Shown here: piece after piece, positions 51,007 to 64,000 of the stretch | How the letters are laid out: each line of letters starts with the position of its first letter | How positions within the stretch are numbered: the stretch's first letter is position 1 | Assembly (NCBI RefSeq): GCF_023055435.1 | Contig: NW_025964223.1 | Span: forward strand, 54,188,001-54,252,000 | Length of the DNA: 64,000 bases | Direction of reading: 5' to 3' | Source: Haliotis rufescens | Taxonomy: Eukaryota | Made by a program: the position numbers and the translations under genes | Notes under the pieces: generated by a model | What the model saw: the letters and a program-made list of their open reading frames with translations, nothing else | What the model was told of the DNA's origin: nothing | Database searches by the model: none

Positions 51007-52225
51007 AAGAAGAAGAAGAAGAAGAAACACTAAAACAGACCTGTAGGGATTTCAGGTAAGAAATTTGGTCACCAGCAACCTATGTTTGTTGGTGTTGTAA
51101 GAGGTGACAAAATATGGATCGGTTGGTCAGGCTCAGTCACTAGGTTAATTGCATGTCATCATGTTCCAAATGCGGGGACCGATGCTCATGATGTCATTCA
51201 CTGGATTGTCTGGTCCAGACAGCTGTCATACAACTGGAATATTGCTGAGTATGGCATTACACAACAAACCGAACAACAGAAGCAAACTTTTCACTAACAA
51301 ACTCCCACAAAACATAACTCCATTCCCAGTAGATGAGCATGATGAAAATATTTCAGGCAAACATTCACTCACTCACTCACTCACTCCAGAATGTAAACTG
51401 GAGTAAAACTGATACTGTCAAGTCTGATTCGGGGTGACTATTGCGATAAATATCCATAGTTTTCAGTGTATGTGGTGTATCATTTTAGATGGATTTTTGA
51501 GTTGAATTAAACCTTTGAACTGAACATGCTGAAGTTTCCTTTGAATGTGATAACCATAACAACAAATAAAAAGTAAAGTTTGAGATATGACTGATTTGGT
51601 TTTTTTTACCCTAATAATTTAAGAAAAAGAAACTTCCACACTACCATGTGTAAATTACTACCACTCATGATCAAAAGAAAAACAAATTTAAACAGCATTG
51701 CCTGTATTTTACTGATATGGTAAATACCATCAAAGCTACCAATATTCCTAACTGAAATCAATACCATTGATCGGAAACTGATTTAACAATCAATTTATTG
51801 ACTTCAGGTGCTTACCAATAGCAATATATTGATATTTCAATTTATCATGACACCCCTACATTTGATCACATTACAAAATGCCGGCCCAGCCAGGGACCAT
51901 TAGAGGTTTGGCAAATGAATGAAAATGACAAATATTCTGTAACTGCTTCAACATCTTAAAGACAAACATCCTTGATATTGTTTTTCACGTCTATTCACAT
52001 CAACATATGCGACAAAAGAATAAACATGAGAATATGCCTTCCATATCAACATGATCAATGCAAAGGACATACATAAATAGTGTCTTGTGGTGTGATACTT
52101 TTGAAGTGAACTACATTTGTAACTAATATTATTAAAATAAGTTGTTAAAATGATGCTGTTTTGTAGTTCACAGTGTTTTAGATGTTTATATAAGGGTTCT
52201 AACTAAAGGGTTTGACAAGTAAATA

Positions 52226-52585
52226 CCGTATTCGACGTAATAAGCGCCCCGCTCTAATAAGCGCCGATATTTGCTGATATATTGGCTAGTGAACAATCTC
52301 AATTAGCACCCCTTCCAATAGATCAATGTACACAAGACTTATTTATTCGTGTATAATACGCACTCGTGTGTTATATGCACCCTTAATTATGGGCAATTAA
52401 ATTCGGAAAAAAATATATCTGTCGTGTATAATACGTACAGACGTTTCTTTTGTATCATTTCAGGCCGTCAGCATAAACCACGAAATTTACGATCTTTCAA
52501 CTCTGTTCACCAAAATTTTATTCTAATAAGAGGCCCCTATTTCTAATTTTGAGAGCGCCCTAGGCGCTTATTACGTCGTATACGG
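52226..52585. mobile_element. Tc1/mariner-like MITE, family G, inverted
   Basis: TA|CCGTATTCGACGTAATAAGCGCC...GGCGCTTATTACGTCGTATACGG|TA. Confidence 0.88.
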
Positions 52586-55168
52586 TAAGCTCATAATTAA
52601 GTTTCCGAAATTAGCTTCATTGTATGCATGCTCAAAAAGCTTCATTGGGTATTTATGCTTGCTGTTTTTAAACATTTCAGTTTTTCATTAAATGCATGGG
52701 TTTCTGTAAGCAAGTTAATTGAAAGTTATTGGGTTTTGATTATTATTGGGGAGTATTTTATGCAAATATCTGTAGCTCTATATCCATATTGTTTTTTCTT
52801 AGTCAGGCTCAGAGAACCCTAATGACCAACAGCCCTGTTCCACAAAGTGTTTTCAGGGTTATCATTACCATGAGTAGTTGTTAAAGAATGGGAGTTACAA
52901 TAGTCCAGCCACTCATGGTTAATTCTCCCTGCAGTGTCATTATGTACAGCATCTTTAAGGATGTTTATAAAATGTACAAGCTTTAAAAATATTTACCTGT
53001 ATTTAAATAACGATGACTCCCTCAATAGAAGCCGACCTTGAGACTGTTGGACAATTCCATTTTATGAACAAGTGGACTAAGTTTGGTATTTCAAGGATAT
53101 TCTCTTAATTTTCATGGCAATTATGTGTACCTTTTCAGCGTTAGAAACTGGCACTAGTCCTGTAGCCCTTGCCAAACTGCCCAATAGTTAAGGTATCCTA
53201 ATGAGTACCGTTAGGAGAAAAATTGCCATTTTTAAGGGTTTTGCTATATGATATTATTATGAGGACTAGTGGACTAAATATATTAGTTTCTACTCCTGCT
53301 TTTCCCCTAATACAGATTGCCATATCTCACGCACTTTCGGATGCAATTGTTCGGCCATGGTGGTTTTCTGTGTTGCCCAGCTACATCTATGGGGAACAAC
53401 TCACTAGACACTTCCCTCTAAAAAATATCATTGTCCAATTTACGACATCATCAAGTTGCGAGTGCATGATAGAACAATGTTTTATCACGAAATAAACGCA
53501 ATGGCTTGCATGTTATATTTTGGTTCAAACAGAAGAACACGTTCTGGTGACACCACAGCTGGGATCAATCATAAAAAGTTTCAGGCTGCTTGTCAAATTT
53601 CATGATACATGAATTAGTAGCCACTGCTAACGTGTCGACACAATGTAAGTAGACAAACCGGGAGTGAATTCGTAGACACATATTTTCAGATTTGAAGTGA
53701 AAGCTAATAATCAATATTATCAATGATATTGTTGTTTTTCGTTCAAGAAGTATAAGTATATCAGAGCTGAGAGGGACAAGTGGATCATTCTGTAAGTGGT
53801 GAGACGAGCAGGGTTACAGAACTATTGCTTCTATAGGAGTCCACATTAATCAGTCGCAGATGTAACGTGTACGCGAGACGTATGTGAGACGGCAGTACTC
53901 TTTGAAGCGCTTGATACTGATTAATTCAATCCCTGAATAGCTAACTAAAATCAGATGCGACCATGTGCGCGCTATAACGGTTTGCAATAATTGTTCCTGG
54001 GTGATAACAAGAAAGAACGATCCAAATGTCCGATCATGTGATATACAATTTGGCCTTGTGGCACTGGAGAAATGCTTCGTCATAAACATGATTAATGCAC
54101 CTTATTGTGGTTCAGCGCTATTCTTGCTGCACCCAGCGACACCTATCGGAGGAACGATAAAGAACAACCACACACAGTAAAATACAACCTCATATCCCTT
54201 ATTTCCTGTTCCTGTTTTATATGCAGAAATTAAAATTACCTCACGTATTTTCTCATAAACTAAACTGGAAATAGCAATCAGCTCACATCTTCCTGTTTGT
54301 TTCAAAAGGTCAATAACGGTAATTTGACCGTGTTTTCTGAAAATAAAAATTTTCACTTCATGCACAATTTCTACACAGTTAACTGAATGAACTTGTGAAT
54401 AGTGCAATAACAGGATTTCCAGTGCTACGGTGTTATGCTAATTTTCATCTTGTGATTACGCGATCTAGTTGAAGTGGCGCCGGCTCAATCTCAGCTCTTT
54501 ATATTCAAATAGATAGGAGGGCCTATAAAATATAACTGGCAGAACTGGTTTACGAATTGGTTAGTGAGTAAGTTAAAATTGATCGCCGCACCAGCATTAT
54601 TTCAGCCATATAGCGATGAGGGTTTGGTAGCAAATTCACCCACAGCCTCTTTAGGGTATGGGTTAGCTCTCTAAGGGTATGGGTTAGTCTTCCTAGGGCC
54701 TAAGGGGGTGTCTAAAAAGATTAACGTATCGTCAGATCATATATTTTCGGACATCATAGTTCATAAGTTTTCAGACAGCCATGTTTATAAAAATTACTCA
54801 CGCTATAACACGGGATGTGGCATGATACAGACATTGTAAATCAAACACTCAAATGATGGCTTGTCTTTAAAATATAGCTGTCTTGTGATTAGTGGGAAAC
54901 TATAAATGTTTCTTAAGCAAGGTAGACATGGTAGAGACAATTTATGGATAACAACTTCTTTATTTACTGTAAAAATGGTAAAGGCAACGTTTCGGTAAAG
55001 ATCCTTATACAATTTTCAAGAAAACCCATAACACGGGGATAGTTACAGGTAGGTTTAGAAGTTGGTAAGGGAGCAGGGTGCTTTAATAGTAGAGCAAATA
55101 CACTATGATATACTATTTGCTGTATAAGTTACAGCTTAATCAATGTTGACCTGTACCTCAATATCAGA

Positions 55169-55407
55169 GTTTGTTTGTTTAAAACCGCAGCTATATTCCA
55201 GATATATGATGGCGGTCTGTAAGTAATTTGAGTCTGGACCAGACAATCGAGTGATTGACATCATGAGCATCGATCCACGAAATTGGGATATGACGACATG
55301 CATCAATCAAGTAAGCGAGCCTGACCACCCGATCCTGTTAGTCGCCTCTTACGACAAGCATAGTCACCTTTATCGGAAAGCACGGGTTGCTGAAGATCTT
55401 CAGGGGT
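55169..55407 (-). mobile_element. SINE-like family B
   Basis: Near full-length copy. Confidence 0.82.
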
Positions 55408-56753
55408 CCAACATCAGAGGGATGAGTTTACATGAACATGATGAATAGGCCTGTACAGGCGGACCGTGAGGAAGTCCCTTTAAACTAATTAAATAAACAT
55501 GCAGTTTCAGTTCGATTAAATGATAAATACACACATATGTGACGTATCAGGGATACAAAACCCTGCAAATTTCAAGACCGAGTTGAAATCACGTAGCAGG
55601 TATCAATCATATGTTTTGATTTGCATATTTTATTATTTCAGTGACATTACCTGATTAGAGAGCTCCGTTGAAATGGAATGTCTTGCTCATTCTTCTTCCA
55701 TCAAATGAATAGTTCTATTCTAGCTAGCATCACATTTCTGAGGTTCCATTTTCACCAAATATCTTTGCAAAGGGATTTAGTTTCCGTGATATAAATATCG
55801 TAAACAAGTCATATTTGACGCATAGCCACGAGTGAAAATCGAACCATTAATCACGCAGTCAAAAACATTAGGTTCGCACTCAAAGACATGTTGTTCGCCA
55901 AAACTTATTGATAACCTGCAGCTAAATAGCAACAGCCATAAACTTATATATGAAATGACTCTTTGAAAAATATGTCATTAAAAAGGAAACATATTGGTGA
56001 TATTTTGCGTAGAAATATTTCTACCTAGGACGGGAGATATAAAGCGAAACGAATTATTCGCAATATCCAAATTGGCGAATTCATGAAACGAACGCGGAAT
56101 GCTTATTATTACGTCTAATGCGTATTTTACGCCGCATTTAGCATTATTTAAGTAATTTCCTTTCTGGGAACACAAACAATGATTTTTTTGTTTGGTTTGT
56201 TGTTTAATCAACCAAGTCAGCGAGCCTGACCACCCGATCCCGTTAGTCGCCTTTTACGACAAGCAGAGTCGACACAAACAATGAGAATGTGGTAGATATC
56301 CACTTGATATATTGGTGTTTAAACGTTGCATTAAATATTGGTGTGAAATGTTAAAATGCCAGGTTCACAGTATCAAAAAAAATGGATTAAAAAAAATGGT
56401 ATGCACGGTAAAGTCCCTTCTTTCCTTCTCTATAAATATGGTTTTGGGTGTATTTGGGAAAACCAGTCAGGAATCTTTTATGTCAGAATGTATTTGTAAT
56501 GTAGATTAAATGCCCCCCAATAGGTCAGGCATGCTGAGATGCGTGGTATGTCTATGTTGTTTCATTACTCATTGTTCAATAATCAGTTTTTTGTTGAGCC
56601 TAATATCAATACAGTAACAATAAGTAAAATCAGGTATGTTTTTGTGCAGCTCCGGTGCAGCTCATATTAGTTATCTATCGAGACCTGTAGATATGTACAC
56701 ATATCTACAGAACAAAGACTATAAAAGCAAGGTTTGTAATCTGGGCTGTGTAG

Positions 56754-57576
56754 AGTGAGTGAGAGTGAGTTGTGTTTAACGCCGCTTTTAACAGTATTCC
56801 AGTTATATCGCAGCGTGTCTGCTTAATGTGGGAAGAAAGTCAGAAGTGATGCAGGTGTCAGACGTTTACCACTTCGGTGAAACCCACGAGCACGGGTATG
56901 GTACTGACAAACCTAGAAACATAATCGGGGTGAACCAGGCTTTGAACCCACAATCATAGGTTTCTGACGTGCCCAAGAAGAAGAAGAAGAAGAAGAAGAA
57001 GAAGAAGAAGAAACGCTAAAATAGAACTGTAGGGATTTCAGGTAAGAATTTAGGTCACCTGCAACCTAAGTTTGTTGTAAGAGGCGACAAAATATGGATC
57101 GGTTGGTCAGGCTCAGTGACTTGGTTAATTGCATGTCATCAGGTTCCAAATGCGAGGACTGATGCTCATGATGTCAATCACTGGATTGTCTGGTCCAGAC
57201 CTGATATTTCCAAGCAGCTGTCATACAACAAACCAAACAACAGAAGCAAACTTTTCACTGACAAACTCCCACAAAACATAACTCCCTTCCCAGTAAATGA
57301 GCATGATGAAAACATTCAGGCAAACATTGCAATGGTAACAGAATGTAGGCTGGCGTGTCAGCTTAATGTGGGAGGAAAGCCCGAAGTGATGCAGGTCTCT
57401 GACGTTTACCACTTCGGTGAAACCCACGAGCACGGGTATGGTGCTGACAAACCTAGAAACATAATCGGGGCGAACCGGGATTCGAACCCACAATCATAGG
57501 TATTTGGCGTGCCGAAGGAACGCAACTCTGCACTGCGAATGGCGGCGCCTTAGACGACTGGGCCACCCGTGCCCCC
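56754..57576 (-). mobile_element. Composite family C SINE with duplicated body and captured insert
   Basis: One TSD gggctgtgtag (56743-56753, 57577-57587) flanks two partial C bodies and a ~380-bp insert. Confidence 0.85.
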
Positions 57577-58317
57577 GGGCTGTGTAGGGGCAGAGTGGTA
57601 TTCCTGCTATTTGCAGTGTGTATAAAGATCTCCGCCAAATGTACTTACTTCAGAAATATCATGTCCATCCATCACTAGGAAGATTTTATATATTCATGTC
57701 TACCTCAAATGAAAGAGTTTCAAGAAATTTAGCTATCTACCATGAAATGAATGTCAGGAAACTTATATAATCTGCAAGCTCGACGCAGTGTTATAATGTC
57801 TGACTGGACGGCTGTATACTGTATTCTATGGGCCGATGACCTACATCTGTACCAAATACAGAATTGAATCAACAATGGCATTCACACATGGTACCCATAC
57901 GTGTAATCATCGTTAGAGACGACTAACGGGATCGGGTGGTCAGGCTCGCTGACTTGTTTGATGCATGTCATCGATCCCAATTGCGTGGATTCATGCTCAT
58001 GATATTAATCACTGGATTGTCTGGTCCAGACTCGATTATTTACAGACCGCCGTCATATATCTGGATTATTGCTGAGTGTGGCGTTAAACAACAGACAAAC
58101 AAACTTTAACAATTCTTGGTTCCCTAAACTCCCTGTTGACAGCTGCTGAAAACAATTTGCTAAAAAAAAAGAAAAAGTAAAGAACAAATGACAAACAATA
58201 TAGACGAAGTATAACATATGGTGTTTAATCGTTGAAATGGTCAGTTGAAAACCCTATGCTCGGAACGCCGTAAAGGCCTATCCAATTTAAACCATGGTTA
58301 ACACTCCTTCAAATAAC

Positions 58318-60561
58318 CCTATTTACGCAAGGCTGTGGAACGACAGGAGCCACCAAGAGCCTCATGGATTTCATATCCAATAAGGGAGCTTGGAGAAACA
58401 GGTATGTATATATTATCACATTAAATTGAGTTTCATAGTTCTAAAAACTTACCGTAAACTTCATTCTTAAAAGTTGGGTCACTTAGTGTCAAGTTAACTG
58501 TTACCATATTGTTCAGTCTTTTTGTCCCCATAAGTCCATGCCCCTATATCTTCTGCCCCTTTCGCCAACAATGTTGACCCATTGCGTATGACATGTGAAA
58601 TATTAACATGCAGTATGACGCTGGGTCCATCATGTCTGTTGACTCAAGGTCATTCAATAAATACTGTTAAACAGCATTCAACCCATTAATATGGCTGTAC
58701 TAAAATTTCTTTATTTAATAACTTGCATATGGTGTACACTTATTGTTCTACAGAAAGTTACACAAGGGCCTTGGAAAAAGAACGCCAAGCAATGGAAAAC
58801 ATCGATGTTCAGACTGCTGAGGAGGATGAAGAAGAGAAGGAAATAACAAAATACAGGCTGTCAAAGCGGAAAATTACGTAAGTTTGACTTCAGTTCTGTG
58901 GGGCAGGGGTATGCTCAGTGGTATCTTTGTCCTCAAGTTCAGTCTAATATATGTACTTGTGGCTCTAATAATGGATGTCATCAACTTGGTCAAATTAACA
59001 ACCTATTAATTGTATGCATCTGGATGAGGTGAGCTCTTTTAAGTCTCAAGCTGACCTTATACTTTAGTGAGTGAGTGAGTTAAAATTTTAAGTCACATCG
59101 GCAATATTTCAGCCACATCGTGACTATCCCTTATACTTTAAGGTTAATACTGACGTGTTTAGCTTTACATAGATTTTGCTGTCACTTTTACAATTTATGG
59201 ATGTTTCTAAACAACCAGTTTTTTTCAACAGGCCACCATCTCGGTTTGAAGTTGATGAGGAGGACCAAGGGCCACTTGCCAAGCGTCTAATGCCGGACAT
59301 GTCAGATGACACAGACACTGAAGCTTCGCAGTCCATGCAGAGACCGTCACATTCAACATGTTCAAAAGAACTAGAACTCCCAAAAAACCCACCGAAGACA
59401 GTTCCCGGGCAACCCTGTTTGCAGACTTACAGGTTGCCATCGAGAGCTCCACTGGCATCACCAACATCACGAGCTCAATCCCCATCAATGTCGACGAAGT
59501 CTTTATTGCCAGAGACATTATCTCCTACCTTCAGAGGGAGGACGGCAATACCACCCACTGTCACTGGCAAGTATTACTTGTATTCAGTATATTACCAGTA
59601 CATGTACTCGTATATACTATAAAACAATAAAGCAACCAGTGACTTTTCTAAAAGTGTACATAGGACAACAATGTCGTGAAGTAATAGTATTGCCATAGTA
59701 TCTATATTGAAGTGCAAATGCATTATTTTTTAAACCATTGACTTGTATTTTCAGAAATATTACTTAAATGCAAAAAACATTTATGGAACTGTTCGGACTG
59801 CCTAGTAACCTAAGTTTGTTCAAAGGTAGTTAACAAGGTTAACATGGCCTTGTGTAATGTTGGTCAAAATTGGTATTGGTAATATTATGTATTTAAACAG
59901 GAGCAGAGGTTCGTATCTTGACCCTTCTGGAGAAATTGATGGCAAAGGTGGACAAGGTTGATCACAAAATAAATCAAGTACTCATGTGTTTGGATACTGA
60001 CGCTTTAAAAGAAGATGTTCCCCTTCCGGAAGGCGTGGTCCTGCCGGTGTCCACAATGGAAGAGCTTAATGTATTGGAAGATTTCATAGAGGAGCCATCG
60101 AATCGGAAATCACTTGTAAGTGTCTTGAAACATACTTAGTGGTAGTCATGTAACACCAACAAAAGTCTTGAATCTAATCGTGTCACCAATATGTGACAAC
60201 ATCAGATTTCACACGAATGACACATGGGAAGATTCCATCATTATAGTTACTTTCTTTGCGTTCTTCCTGTTTCACAAGTAAGTATGTGTGCGAAATGTAC
60301 GATGTGAGCTTTTTGATCTGTCTTTTTATTATTGTATCTTTATTGTACACCTTATGGTTAAAATATGAACTTTGTATTTTTAGGTGAGAAAGCTGTCAAC
60401 CATCGGTGGGGTAAACCTTCAGAATGCTGTCAGGAGGACTCCGAAGGAGTCCATGTCTGATCAACTTTCCCTGCAATTTAACTGGCTAGGAGGAAGCTAT
60501 GTCGAAGGGGTGCAAGGAAAACGAGCCTTAGGCACACTTAACTTAAAACTTGTGATCTACA
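58318..60561 (+). CDS. Spliced DUF4806-like gene, 5'-truncated; exons ~58318-58401, 58754-58877, 59232-59566, 59901-60115, 60384-60561
   Basis: In-frame joins give RKAVERQEPPRASWISYPIRELGET-ESYTRALEKERQA..-PPSRFE..-LPVSTMEELNVLEDFI..L-VRKLSTIGG..AVRR..LSLQFNWLG..GKRAL. The motif pattern is recalled as DUF4806. The third intron is GC-AG. No start codon or conserved last exon was found. Confidence 0.7.
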
Positions 60562-61378
60562 GTGAGTACTATGATCTCTATTCGTGTTGCCAAGAAGTTG
60601 TTTTGGCAATCAGACTTCCTTCTTTAAGAAATGCCCTTTTGTACTTTGCTCCCATACAAATTAAACGATAGTAGAACAAACTATTTTTAATGTGACTAAA
60701 CTTAAAATTTTGGGGATTTTCACTCGCTAAATGAGGGACAAAATGCCACTTGCAAAGTGATGATTTCAAAAATATGAATAATGTTGAGTGTGTACTGTTA
60801 CCTTACAAATTCAATGCTACTTTTCAAATTGAACAAACTAAACCTGCACAATGTTTGTTGCCATAAAGAGTTAACTTATAATCTTTAAAAATATCATATT
60901 TTAAAACCTCATTTCAATTACAATGGATTTTGTTTGCATGCGTGCCATAATTAAATATTCAAGAAAGTGTTAAAATAAATCATTTTTGTACTGCTCACTG
61001 TCAGATATACTTCCATTGATGGAACTAAAGGGCAAATCACAATGCACTAGTGAAAGGAACACTTCGTCCTAGCAAGATGCTAGTTTGTGAAAAGCTGTGG
61101 AATTGTGTCGATGCATGGCAGCGGAGGGATGTTGATGTTATATATACATAGACTAGAGAGTTCTTTAAAGTCCAACAGTGACCATTTATAGGGATTGGTT
61201 GGCCAATTGAAAGACGGCTTCTCGATTGCCTGACCATGGACCGAGGATAGGCCGAGTATGATGTCCGATATTGAGCCGATGCATAACTGATGAGTAAAAC
61301 TGTCATCATGCCGACTGGGGGTCGATGGAACGTACATCATTGGGCCGACATCTGCCCGATGTGGGCGTGCTTGTTGGG
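58318..61378 (+). mobile_element. Partial CACTA/EnSpm-like DNA transposon (right end only)
   Basis: Ends ...GGGCCGACATCTGCCCGATGTGGGCGTGCTTGTTGGG (reverse complement CCCAACAAGCACG..., the CCC-type terminus of animal EnSpm), with several subterminal GCCGA motifs at 61250-61350; carries the DUF4806-like gene. Confidence 0.5.
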
Positions 61379-62558
61379 TAGCTCCTCACCAACTCTCGTG
61401 AACGGTGTGTTTAGCATTGTATGATGCACGTGAAATGTCTTCTCCAAGCCTTTCCCACGTTCATCTGGCTTTTTGGCGTCTCGGGTGTCCGTGACAAATG
61501 TTCAATTCATACAGGGCCAATTTTGAGCTCATTTATCAATCACCTAAATATTAATTGCCAGTGTTAATGGGCTTATTACGACCAAACATATCCCTGATCA
61601 AGATAAAAGGAATTTCTTGTCTATCGTTTCGTTTCTTTGAACGAACCGCTACCAAATCACACGTTCGTACAATGTATAATAGCATAAAACACAATTTTCA
61701 GGGTGCATAAAGGGATAAGTTATTAGTAAGTAAATATATAGTTGTTCATTTCACCAAGTTTGTTCCATGTTGACTTGGCAGAAGACTACAATCGTTAGCC
61801 TTCGATGTGTACTTCGAGGGCTCGAATCCCGCTGGCGACAAAAGTTTTTCGTGGAAATTCTTCTATCATCAAGTTGTATGATAGGGGAGAAAAGAAGATC
61901 CGTCATTGCCAAGTGGTGTTTAACAACAATTCAGTCATTTAATGCCCGATCATAGACCAAGAACCATAAGACGGAAGTGAGCAAATCATGCGATCTTGGC
62001 GCATAAACTGAAATATGACACCCTTCACCCCACCGCTGCCGCGCGCTTTCTACTTGGCAGGAAAGTAAATTCGTTTACTAACCTTCTGACCGCTGTCCAC
62101 AACACCAACATGCATGAGTCAAGAAATAGATGGAAATGAAATAGTGGGAAAACCTAGAGGTTTGGACCGGCAGTCATTCAGAGAATATAAGTTCAGTAAA
62201 GATCTGTACAGAAAGCAAGCTACAAATAACTTATGTGGTTTGCAGACTGACAAAACTACTGAACTGGATCAAAACGCCCTTGGTTTGGATATTACAGTAT
62301 AAATTGCTTTGATGTTGCCTGCAGCAATGTAATGTCGTACTTTTTATAAGGGATTAAAACACCGGGCTAGTTGAAAAATGTAACTGTGTTCCGATACCAC
62401 CACAATGAACCTCTGGTCTTTGGGTAAACAAGACGATTAATAATTGCTTTAAAAACACCATCACACCATTAGGAGTAGAGATGGAACTACATCCAGTAGC
62501 TCTGGTGATGTCATGGAAAAGTGGGCCACATATTTTGAAAGTGTGTTCCGCGTAACCA

Positions 62559-64000
62559 GTGTGGCTCACTTTGACGAAGGACACAGATTTGAAGATGAGA
62601 AACAGATCACGGAGATTAGGAGGTTGTGTTACATGTGCTTTAATGCCTCCTATCACCACGGAGAAGGTGGAGCGAATCTATAGAGCGAATCGAATGGAAA
62701 GGCTGGATGGGTTTGTGTACGAACACCTGAAATTTGGCAGAAAGACTTTGATGTATCACCTCTGCTGTCCGTTCAACACAGTCATAGAGACTGGAATAAT
62801 TCCGCACAAATTGAAACGAAGTGTTATTCTGCCTATTCACAAAGGAGGCCGGAAATATAGAAAAGATCCGAACGCATACAGAGGAATATCTTTGAGCCCT
62901 GCAATAGCGAAAGTATTTGAAATGGTATTACTTCCACATCTGACAGCACAGATGGCATACCAAAAGGCTTATGTTCCACACATGTGTCTTTTAATCTACA
63001 AGAAAAGGTACACAATTATACTGAACGAGATAGCATAGTTCATGTACTTTTCCAAGACAGTGCAAAAATCTTTTGATAGTGTCTGGCATGATGGTCTAAG
63101 AAAGAACCTTTATGATCGCGGCAAGAGGGGAAAATTGGGGACTTTTATTGAAAAACTGTATCAGGACATGGAGAAGTCCATTCAAATAGGGGATAGGGAG
63201 TCTCGCTGCTTTACACTGCAACAGGGAGTACGCCAAGGGGGTGTACTATCAGCAGTCTATATCTGCTTGACATAAACCAGCTCTTAGACAAGACTGTGGA
63301 CTCCAAACGAGGGTGTATGATCATGGACTTACATTTTGTTTTGTTTTTTGTTTGTTTGTTGTTTAACGCCGCACTCAGCAGTATTCCAGCTATATGACGG
63401 CGGTCTGTAAAAAATCGTGTCTGGACCCGACAATCCAGTGATTGATGTGATGAGCATCGATCCATGCAATCGGGAAACGATGAAATGCATCAACCCGATC
63501 CCGTTCATGGACTTACATACTAGATATCCAACACAAGCTGATGATGTCGCCTTGGTCAGCTCAAGTTCAGCAAATCTGTCGACACTTCTGAAAATCGCAG
63601 GTGATAACAGCTAACAGGGGCGTTGCATACTCTCTCCCTTTAAAATTAAGAAAATGACCTTCATAAGCAGAGAAAGGTCTCCGCAAGTACCATCTGAATA
63701 CAATGCTCTGCGGGCACCCTATACCTAGAGCCATGTCAGTGAAGCATGTTGGTGTTGTACAGACTGATGACTTAACTCTATCGAGATGACTCTGGAGACA
63801 AGCAATAAGCTCTGGCCTTATGTGTATTCCGTCACACAAAGGACTAGGTTCTATATGTGTCAGTCATTTAACATGTTTGAGGCTGTTGCTCTACCAAAGT
63901 GCCTATTTGGATGTCAGTTGTGGAACTCTACCAGTTCTACTGAGCTCCTTATACTTTGGAGAGCCTGTCCACATATGACCAAAGTCATCCAAGGGTTGCA
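62559..64000 (+). pseudogene. Decayed non-LTR retrotransposon reverse transcriptase
   Basis: ILPIHKGG..DPNAYRGISLSPAIAKVFE, KSFDSVWHDGL, QGVRQGGVLS and TQADDVALVS in shifting frames with stops; interrupted by a SINE at 63335-63504. Confidence 0.88.
63335..63504 (-). mobile_element. 5'-truncated family B SINE inserted in the LINE RT
   Basis: 14-bp TSD tcatggacttacat at 63321-63334 and 63505-63518. Confidence 0.9.

Noticed and set aside
43000-54500. Dopey 5' UTR exons and promoter (donor-like site near 45481; CpG-richer stretch 53600-54200)
   Set aside because: An upstream exon must exist, but its position cannot be supported from sequence alone.
61006-61070. Possible last exon of the DUF4806-like gene
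   Set aside because: An acceptor is present, but the translation shows no conserved motif.

Overview
Eukaryotic genomic DNA; the SINE repertoire suggests a mollusc, possibly a gastropod (inference). One N-gap lies at 50641-50769. The main feature is a minus-strand Dopey-family gene (DOP1A/DOPEY1-like). I traced 22 coding exons from 42963 down to 8197 with GT-AG boundaries and consistent phases (~2241 codons); the conserved C-terminal exons were not found in this window. The introns hold four SINE-like families, DNA-transposon MITEs (hAT-, TcMar- and Kolobok-like), Penelope-like fragments and large minisatellites. The most striking pattern is that three minisatellites have units copied from the adjacent exon/intron junction, so the pre-mRNA carries tens of tandem copies of its own 5' splice site. 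A fourth array copies an intron 3' end but stops just before the AG. To the right are a spliced, in-frame DUF4806-like gene ending near a CACTA/EnSpm-type terminal repeat, a SINE that captured ~380 bp of nearby sequence, and a decayed non-LTR reverse transcriptase. All family assignments are from recall of motifs, not database searches.
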